Source: Perna viridis (lineage: Eukaryota). Taken from it: DNA of 64,000 nucleotides. Of this stretch, positions 56,031 to 64,000 are shown one piece after another. Every line of letters starts with the position of its first letter. Within the stretch, counting starts at the first letter, position 1. The DNA lies in assembly GCA_037379345.1 (NCBI GenBank), contig CM074514.1:37634001-37698000 (forward strand), in the 5' to 3' direction. The notes below the pieces were generated by a model. The model searched no databases. It was not told the DNA's origin and saw nothing but the letters and a program-made list of their open reading frames with translations. The position numbers and the translations under genes are program-made.

Positions 56031-56422
56031 TATATGACCTTTATATAATCAATTGTAACGAACGCCTGTGTTTGAATCGGAAACTGGGTTATATTAAATA
56101 ATGCTAACCGATCATTTTATCTTTTAATGTTAACTTTCCTTTCTAATACAAGCAAAAAACACGCATAGACATGTGTATGATATGTTTTGAAAAAGATACG
56201 CTGTAGCGATCTTTGGGTCGCTTATGATATTGACCAGGGAACAGTTGAGGAACCAGATTAAACAGCTGGCAATGAATATTCATAGATAAAAGGGCGTGCT
56301 AATGTATATGACCTATATAGTCTTGTAACGACCCTCAGTGCCTGAATCGAAACTGGGTAATTTTCAAAGCTAACCGATTATTTCATATAAATTTCCCGTT
56401 CTCATACAAGCAAGAAACACAG
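56031..56422 (+). repeat. degenerate ~125-bp direct duplication (56031-56163 / 56305-56422)
   Basis: tatatgacct..ttgtaacga..tgaatcg..aaactgggt..gctaaccgat..atacaagcaa..aaacac in both copies. Confidence 0.75.
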
Positions 56423-57621
56423 GTATATTATACTTAAGAGGTACATTTTTATTTCGTATGAAGCTAGAACTATGACGCTGTGGCGGTAAACACGGCGATG
56501 ATCTGCAGCATTACGTGGCGTATACTTACATATTTATGCAAATCATATGCAAATATTAAGTACTGAAATTACGAGTGCAGGAAATATTATCGACTTGAAA
56601 ACAAAGCACTAGCAATAAAATCCCACAAAAAACTGGGATAAACATCAGGTGCTCCTAAAGGGTAAGCATGTCCTGCTCCTTTATATTGCAAGTAAGTATA
56701 ACCCGATAATAGTCTAGCAGCAATTATGCAGATCCGCTTAACCAATGAATTAAATGAGATTAATACTTGTATGATTATTTGAAAATTCTACTACATCTGA
56801 TTGACTCTACTTTAGGATTGACAACTAGTAACGAATATTTTTCGTTTTAAAATCAACAGATTTTTCAATGCATAGGTCTCATTTTAGAAAGTCGGCGTAA
56901 TTTGACCGATTGAATGGACTCTCCTGTTTAATCAAAATAAATGGGGATCAAAAGTTTATCTTTAATATCAGATTAGGTTATAGCCCAGACGTCTTATCAA
57001 GGAGATTATAAGTAGAGCCATTTCTAATTTTCTGGCAGGATTTATTATAAGGATTACTTTCTTTAGCTCATTTTAACACTAGACTTAAAATCGGGGGATC
57101 TGATTTACTAATACAGACTCGTGCTAAGTAAGCCTAAAAATACTGCTCTTTGTGCATCCAAGACCGTGTTCTTATACTGAATAGTTGAACGGGAATAAAT
57201 ACATTGAACAAAAGAGAACTAACTTTAAGTAAATATTATTTTACAGCTTTGTGTCTTCACTATATAAAGCAAGAGAAAGTCCAAAAATAGCATATAATAA
57301 TCTGCAGCTCAACTTGTTTTAAATTCCAAAACAGAATTTAGTGCACCCAAGTTCAAAAGATTAATTACATATTACTTACTGTAAACTGTGAATAACATAA
57401 ACACCACTGGATATTTGAATATTGGTAGCTATAAGACCAACATGTTTTATGTGTGCGTATTCGAATTTATTAAAACAGTGACATTCAACGGATTCAGCAT
57501 TGGTCAACGTGACAGAATGACTACTTAATGGCTGCTAGTTTAGCACTGAGAAAGTTCAAATTACTGCATTATTACTTTGTGTGAGCTGTTGAATTCTAAT
57601 TCTGTTCCAAGTTGTCCAACA

Positions 57622-59004
57622 ATGTCTTCGATTGTAACATATGAACTGTTACACACAGAAGAAAGTACAAGTGATGAAATAAACGAACTCGTTCGGACAG
57701 TAGAAGAAAAAACTTTATTGCAACAACGGCGGTCGATGGCCGTTCGCGTAAAACTACAAGAACTTAGCGATAGGCGAAATAAACTGGACGCACAAAGACT
57801 CGACAGACTTGCAGATTATGGCGTTAATGTAGATTTAAAAGGCATCAAAGATGAGGTCCAAAAATCAATTCAAGAGGAGAAGGAAAGATATCTCCGTGAA
57901 AGACAATGCAAGGAAATGGACGAGGAAACAAATGCTGAAGATATACGTCCCGCAAGTCCTGAAATTGAAATACAGAACACACCCGCAATAGGTGTCACAA
58001 AAAATCCAGACGACCAGAACAGACTGGGTAAAGTGATTGGAAATTTACAAAATAACCAGAAACAATTTGACAAAGAGAATAAAACACCAAGCTCAAAACA
58101 AAGACAGTCATTCGTAACATCAACTCAAAACAGGACTATGAACCAGACGAATGAAGCTCACCTGGAGAGACGTAGCTCACTAACTCCTGGTGGCCCTTGG
58201 GGGTCCCAGAAGCCTCCTGAAAGACGAAGTTCGCTTACTCCGAGTGGACCACAGAAAAATCAAATTAATTCAGGTAAGCAAAATTTACTCAAATCTGCAG
58301 GAGCTCCTACACAAATGTCTTCAGATAGGCGAAACTCGCTGACTTCCGGTGGAGCGATTGTGAAAAATTTTGAAAGGCGAAATTCTCTCATCAATAATGG
58401 CACATTAAGGAATAATGTAGAGAGGCGAAACTCACTTACTACTGGAGGAAATTTGCCAGACAACATGCAACCATGGATGAGTTATTCCTTTACATCTGGC
58501 TTAACTCCTAAACATAGCAATTATTCAGAAAGACGCGATTCAATTAATTCAATTGAGGCGAATACAAGCAGCAACCGTTTAGGGAGGCGAAACTCTCTAA
58601 CTTTTAGTGGAACTACCGAAAATAGAACGATTTTAGAGAGACGAAAGTCAATTACTTCAACCAGTCCCCTGGTCAACAGAATACTTTCTGAAAGACGTAA
58701 TTCACTAACAATTGGAGACATTCCTACTAGCAACATGCCTTTAATGAGGCGCAATTCGCTCACTTCCGGTGGAAATATGATGGCAAAAATGATGGCACCA
58801 GAGAGGAGGAACTCTTTAAACACGACAAAAGGAGGTAACAGAAAGTTATCCGTGAAATCATCAAAAGTCAAGAGACGGAGTTCTTTCGGGGGTTCATTTC
58901 AAAGTGAAAAATCAAAAATATTGAATTCACTAACTGCTCCGTTAGAAAATAGGGAGTTCAAGAAAGCTTCGAAGACAATTTCAAATGCTTTAAAATTCGT
59001 TTAG
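57622..59004 (+). CDS. uncharacterised intronless 460-aa protein: N-terminal coiled coil plus a disordered tail with a periodic RRxS(L/I/F) array
   Basis: 1383-nt open frame from the first ATG (ACAATGT; the ORF-track start at 57577 is TTG); 12 RRxS-hydrophobic motifs; protein-level homology to 59795-60166. Confidence 0.85.
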   Translation: MSSIVTYELLHTEESTSDEINELVRTVEEKTLLQQRRSMAVRVKLQELSDRRNKLDAQRLDRLADYGVNVDLKGIKDEVQKSIQEEKERYLRERQCKEMDEETNAEDIRPASPEIEIQNTPAIGVTKNPDDQNRLGKVIGNLQNNQKQFDKENKTPSSKQRQSFVTSTQNRTMNQTNEAHLERRSSLTPGGPWGSQKPPERRSSLTPSGPQKNQINSGKQNLLKSAGAPTQMSSDRRNSLTSGGAIVKNFERRNSLINNGTLRNNVERRNSLTTGGNLPDNMQPWMSYSFTSGLTPKHSNYSERRDSINSIEANTSSNRLGRRNSLTFSGTTENRTILERRKSITSTSPLVNRILSERRNSLTIGDIPTSNMPLMRRNSLTSGGNMMAKMMAPERRNSLNTTKGGNRKLSVKSSKVKRRSSFGGSFQSEKSKILNSLTAPLENREFKKASKTISNALKFV

Positions 59005-59794
59005 GATTTTATTTGGCGTGTATCTGGAGGTTGCCATACACACACCAGTGTAACTGTGGCGGATCGATTCAGAGGTTTTGCAAAAGGGACCGTATTGCTT
59101 ACTTTTGGTTTTTGATCTTCCTTAATTTTTCCAAAGGCGATATTCCCCTAAAGATCCAGTGACGGAGTCGGGGTTTCCTGAGGTTGAAACCTCCCTGATC
59201 GGAAAATTTCATTTAAGTCGCTAAAATTTTTTGTAAAAATGAATAAATATTAGCCTATACCCTCTTTCCAAAATCTCTAGGTCATAACCTATAGCCGAAA
59301 TCAACTGGTTTATTCCTTAAAACTATGTGCTACTAACACTATTTAATGTTGACTAATTGATCAACTTTGAGTTTTTGCAACGATAATTTGAAGTCTTTCT
59401 TCTCATCCAAGCCAAAGTTATCATTCTTTGCATATGCAACTAAAAACAACGTGCTATAAGAATCAAGGTCCCTCTCGGCACTTCTCGTTACACATAGACC
59501 GAGTAGCTCCGATTGTCGCTTAGCATTCAATTTATAAATTGAATTTTATACATATTTTAGGGTCACCTAACTCTTTTCAGTTTTAAATTTAAATATTCCA
59601 CTGTGAACATTCACAATGTACATAGTGAACCAAAAGTTAAGATTTCTCTTTAGTTTGACCAACCATATGAATAAATACGAAAGTAAAACTTAATGCACTG
59701 GAAATTAATTAGGAAACACATATTTTAATTAATAATCCAGACCTACAACTTATATACTACTGCTTCACAAATTTGTGTTATTTCGTTTTACCAA

Positions 59795-60166
59795 ATGTCA
59801 GTCACGTCGGATTCAACTGAGGATCTTTACAAGACCGGCGAAAATGCGGACGACGAAGAATTAAAAAATCTTGTTAAATCAGTGGAGGAAAGGACAGTTC
59901 TGAGATTAAAAAGATCGGCGAAATTTGAAGAAAAACTGAAGGAACTTACCAAAAGAAGTTACAAACTGTATCAGTTGAGGTTAGTACGACTTTCAAAGAA
60001 AAGAGATCATCGCAAATTTAGACGGACAGAGAATGGCGTTTGGAAAGTACCGGAAGTTGATAAAGTTCAAGGAAATTGTTGCTATGACAATGCGCTGGAC
60101 GTGGCGCAGAATCTAAACGATCAGGAAAGACTTAACGAGAAACTTAAACAGCTGCAGACTTTCTAA
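59795..60166 (+). CDS. short tandem paralog (123 aa) of the 57622-59004 gene, N-terminal domain only; may be a pseudogene
   Basis: EELKNLVKSVEERTVLRLKRSAKFEEKLKELTKRSYKLYQLRLVRL aligns without gaps to DEINELVRTVEEKTLLQQRRSMAVRVKLQELSDRRNKLDAQRLDRL; second block LDVAQNLNDQERL versus IGVTKNPDDQNRL. Confidence 0.7.
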   Translation: MSVTSDSTEDLYKTGENADDEELKNLVKSVEERTVLRLKRSAKFEEKLKELTKRSYKLYQLRLVRLSKKRDHRKFRRTENGVWKVPEVDKVQGNCCYDNALDVAQNLNDQERLNEKLKQLQTF

Positions 60167-62215
60167 GAGACGACAAAGGAAAACACAAAGTGAAGATGGG
60201 GGAGCTGGGAATTGTTTTGGGTTCTGTAAAAAAGACATTAACCCGAAAATATAGTACATATGATAATGCTCCATCATGATATCGTCACGCTATCACGTCT
60301 ACGACTTGCTGTCATGATTACGACACGAGTTTTAGTAGCTTTAAATGGAAATACAAAATAGGTACATTAGTACATTTTGTACCTTAGAACCAAATTGTTA
60401 TGAAATATGAAACTTTTGTTTTTAGATTCTGCCATAACGATTGTTTCTTTCTTTCTTTCTTTTTGTTTGTTACGTTATGTTTTGCTTGAATGTCTTGTTT
60501 TGCTTCTAGTACTAGCATTTGAGTTGTTGTCACTTCTATATGTGCAAGCTGTATTGCTTTTCTTTTAGTTTTGTTACATTTTTCGTATAGCTAGATTGAA
60601 TAGAAAAATAGAAAAATATTTCCAAGAATCATTTTTTATAAAAGTGTATAACTAAGTTCTTGAACTTAAATGCAGCTTATTATTTACCGGTAAATGCACG
60701 TCTGGTGTGCGAAGGAGATAGCGAAATTTTAAACATTCTCTTGTGGCATAAAATAAACTATGGTATTCAAGGACAATCGCGAAGTTATTTGTACAACATT
60801 GACAACTTGCTTTAAAAAAACACCAAAAATTTTTTAAAAGATACAGTTTTGACTGGCGCGGATTCTTTGGGACGGAACCAGCATACACCCCCTAAAACAA
60901 GATAAAAAACATTATTAAAGCTTGATTTTTCACAAATTCTACTCCCAAAAATTTATCTGGTTTCGCTTCGCTCCACTTTTTATTCTTTTTTCTGTTCCCT
61001 AACCTAAAATCCTGGATCCATCCTTTCGTGTTATCGACACGAACGCGCATTTGCATTCTGGGTTTACCCGTTTAGAGAGCGGCTCGTGTTTATAGACGGG
61101 ATGTGATATTTCTGCGCGTCAGGAAATGTTGGTCATTAATGTTTTTTCGTGTCGTTATTTGACTTTTTAGTTTATTTTGGTATGTATACACTACTTGAAG
61201 ACCTTTTGGTTAGTATTTTCTATTTTTATAAAGGTTATTGTATGATGGAGCATTTGTTGCGTTTCAATATATCTGTTCCCTTTCCTAATGTTTAAGGTTT
61301 AGAAGGCATGCCATGTAGATGAGATTCATTTTTTTCGTGTTAGCCACGTCTTGTATATTATTACTTGTAATATTCTAACTTAGTGATATTTGGGCTAGGG
61401 TGTTTGCTCTTTTCTCTGTATTTTTCATGCCGACGGCTGATTTGTTCTTTCTAACAGTGCATTTTTCTGATATAAATTTTTCAGTAGTAATACTTTCGCA
61501 GCACATCTTCATTCTTAAAGTTTCCGGTTCATACTGTGTTGCTAGTTAGTTTTATGTTTCTATGCTCTGTAACTGATTCTTTCTCAGTCTCATTCTGTTT
61601 TCTTTATTTTGTCCCTGACTTTTCTTTTTACCTCAGTTAGTTCTGATTTTACTCCTATTAGTTTCGTTTTCAATCTATCTATTCAAAATGTAAGCATTTA
61701 AACAATAATTTATTGATTCACCGAAAATGTTATTTTAACAAAAAGATGACCGTACAATTATCCAGACAAACTGTTCAAAAGTACAAAACAAAACCGACTT
61801 TATCGATGAAAACAACAACAAAAACGTCCTGTACTCGTATTAATTTTCGCGGATTTTGTCAAACGAACATGTTCGTAAGATTGATATTCGCAGTTTTGAA
61901 AATAAATAAAGGTTCCATATGGTTAAAATATAAATTTCGGGGATACCTATCTATCGCGCATATTTGTCCACCGCAATAATAGCGAAAATCTGTACATATA
62001 GAGAATTGATATGTCAACAGTTTGAAAATAGTCTGTACAACATTTAGACTGCTATTTGGTTATGTACGAAAGATGCAGGCTAAAAAGCTTTAACGTACTC
62101 CTGCAAATACGTGGCATTCATTTACGGTGCTCACGCACTCATTTCTTTTAAAATTATGTGACAAGGCATCGAAAAGTAGGCTAGGTTGTAAATCCGCGTT
62201 TTTCCTTCAGTACAT

Positions 62216-64000
62216 CTACGTAGCCGCCGTAGCTAATGGAATGAGGAAAAATATGGCAACAACAATAGTACCAATAATAAACAAGATGAAAAAGAAAGCA
62301 TCGAGGACTCCTCCGACCGTCTTCCATTGGATATCATCAAGATCATAGTCATAATTTAATTTAGGTGGTTCGTCGATTTCTGGATCTTCCATTGGATCTG
62401 GTTCTACTTCCGGTATCGCTTTATCCCCACGCCATTTCTTGCATTTTCGGCATGTTAGAAGGGAAGTAATGTGCTTTATCCATTTTGGAATCTTTGTCGA
62501 TTCATTTTGGTGATATACACGTAAAGTCATTATTGTAATTACAGTCGAAAGAGCACTCATGACCAGCATGAGCGTCAGAAAGTAACAAAGCAGAGACATC
62601 GGCTGTGAAGCGGGAGGCAAGTTCTCCGAAACCATCGTCAAGAACACTGCAAATGTCAGGAAGGCCGTGACAGCATAGCCAACTCTTTCACCTGAGTCTG
62701 CCGGCAGCAAGAAAACTAAACCGTTCAGAAGACCCAGAATTACAATGGGTATAACCATATTGATGAGAAAGTAACCTGGACGTCGTTTGATGTTCAGGGT
62801 ATATGTCAGGTAGGAAGCACTGTTAAATGTCTCGTTGATCACTGATGTACTAGTCAGTTCCCATTCGACATTTGTCTGGAAGTGTTGGGTATCGATTTCT
62901 GTTTCAACACTCTCCAATGTCACCTGAAAACAACGGCTAAATAGAAGTGTTTGCAGGTGCGAGTTTACTTTGTATTAGTTTTTTTTTTCAAATAAGCTAT
63001 CATCGCGGAGTAATCACACTGCTAAAAACCACGGTATTTCTTACATAAAAAAATGGTTAAAGTAAGATAAAATACCGAATTTAGTCGATCAAAAATCACA
63101 AAAGCTTGTCTATTTTTTAAAAAAGAGGGCTAGCTGGCACCGATGCATAGACTTTCAAAAAACCTATTACCAAGTACGCTTCTATATAACTTGACGTAAC
63201 TTATTATTACGAAAGTGATGTGTTAAATTTCATGCATCAAAACAAAAGGCTTGCAATTTTATGAGTTGGCAAAACAGCAGCGCCATACTAAATTTGAACA
63301 CCATCGCTGTTGTATATATATACATATATATAAAGGTCTGAAAACTTCCCAACGATGTTAGAACTGTCAAATTTGCGATGCAAATTTTTGCTCGTTCCCT
63401 CCGCGGGACTCGAACTCGTACCGCTGTGACATCTATGGCAACATCGCATGCACAGAGTCCAATGCCCTCGGCCAGCTAGGCTATATAAAATATAGTGGTC
63501 TAGGGCGCTGGACTTTGTGCAGGCGGTGTTGCCATAGATGTCACAGCGGAATTTTTCAGACCTTTCTATATGTTTACATATCTTTCCTGTATCAATTTGA
63601 TCCGATGGAGCAGTGTAGCGAATAGAGTCGTCACATTCTGAGACGTTTGATAAATTGTGTTGTATTGCACCCGAGTTATGGATAAAATCAGTGAAAGCTT
63701 TAGCGAGATTTTCGAGATAAAGACTTTTCTATCATGACGCTATAAGAAAACATTGTCGCAAATCAATGGCTACCGGAATAATGCGAAAATTTGCTATCAG
63801 CGAAAGATACCAAACAACTTATATTGTAGCGTTTATGAAAGAGAAATAAAGGTTTGAAAAACACACGCTAGATATTATTGAAATTACCTGGTTGTCATAG
63901 TAACCCCATGGAGTGAATTTCACCTCGCAGGTCTGGTTGTCGAAAGGATAGAACGAAACATCGACAGGGCATCCAGTTCTAGAAACTACTCCAACGGTCC
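62216..64000 (-). CDS. nicotinic acetylcholine receptor-like Cys-loop channel subunit (non-alpha), 3' part
   Basis: Exon 64000-63888 gives TVGVVSRTGCPVDVSFYPFDNQTCEVKFTPWGYYDNQ (Cys-loop C-x13-C). It splices in phase 0 to exon 62923-62216, which encodes NVEWEL, pre-M1 KRRP, M1-M4 and LPADSGER. Confidence 0.93.
63329..63570. mobile_element. foldback made of two head-to-head tRNA-SINE-like segments in the nAChR intron
   Basis: 48-bp arms 63421-63468 / 63502-63549 (43/48 match); outer arms AAAGGTCTGAAAA / TTTTCAGACCTTT; minus-strand B-box GTTCGAGTCC at 63406-63415. Confidence 0.7.

Noticed and set aside
57577-57621. N-terminal 15 aa of the 475-aa ORF call
   Set aside because: Starts at TTG; the first ATG at 57622 has good context and aligns with the paralog start
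57870-58871. Minus-strand ORFs with EFRL/ELRL repeats
   Set aside because: Antisense shadows of the RRNSL codons
63380-63480. tRNA gene
   Set aside because: B-box is present but no cloverleaf or acceptor stem could be built; SINE-like
1-64000. CRISPR arrays, rRNA, operons and the remaining short ORF-track entries
   Set aside because: Eukaryotic intron-containing DNA with no regularly spaced repeat-spacer array; short ORFs are intronic or low-complexity, often with non-ATG starts

Overview
AT-rich, intron-rich animal genomic DNA. The repeat types and the divergent nAChR subunit suggest a bivalve mollusc, which is an inference. Gene order: (1) the last 7 coding exons of a RAB11FIP3/4 (nuf-type) gene on +; (2) an ankyrin-repeat/SOCS-box (ASB) gene on -, with a single coding exon; (3) a complete lethal(2) giant larvae (Lgl) gene on +, with 25 coding exons (~1132 aa), head-to-head with ASB and containing one U12-type intron; (4) an intronless 460-aa gene I do not recognise, with a coiled-coil N-terminus and a periodic array of 12 RRxS-hydrophobic motifs, followed by a short tandem paralog that lacks the array; (5) the 3' part of a non-alpha nicotinic-receptor-like Cys-loop subunit on -. 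Introns contain TTAA- and TA-flanked MITEs, Helentron-like elements, tRNA-derived SINEs and LINE fragments. The strongest candidate for an undescribed system is the long/short RRxS-array gene pair. Other leads are a candidate 33-nt microexon and an inverted-MITE back-splicing geometry in FIP3/4, a strong-context uORF and an intronic relic copy in ASB, and a CpG-content boundary near 55 kb. All exon calls were made by hand from splice signals and reading-frame continuity.
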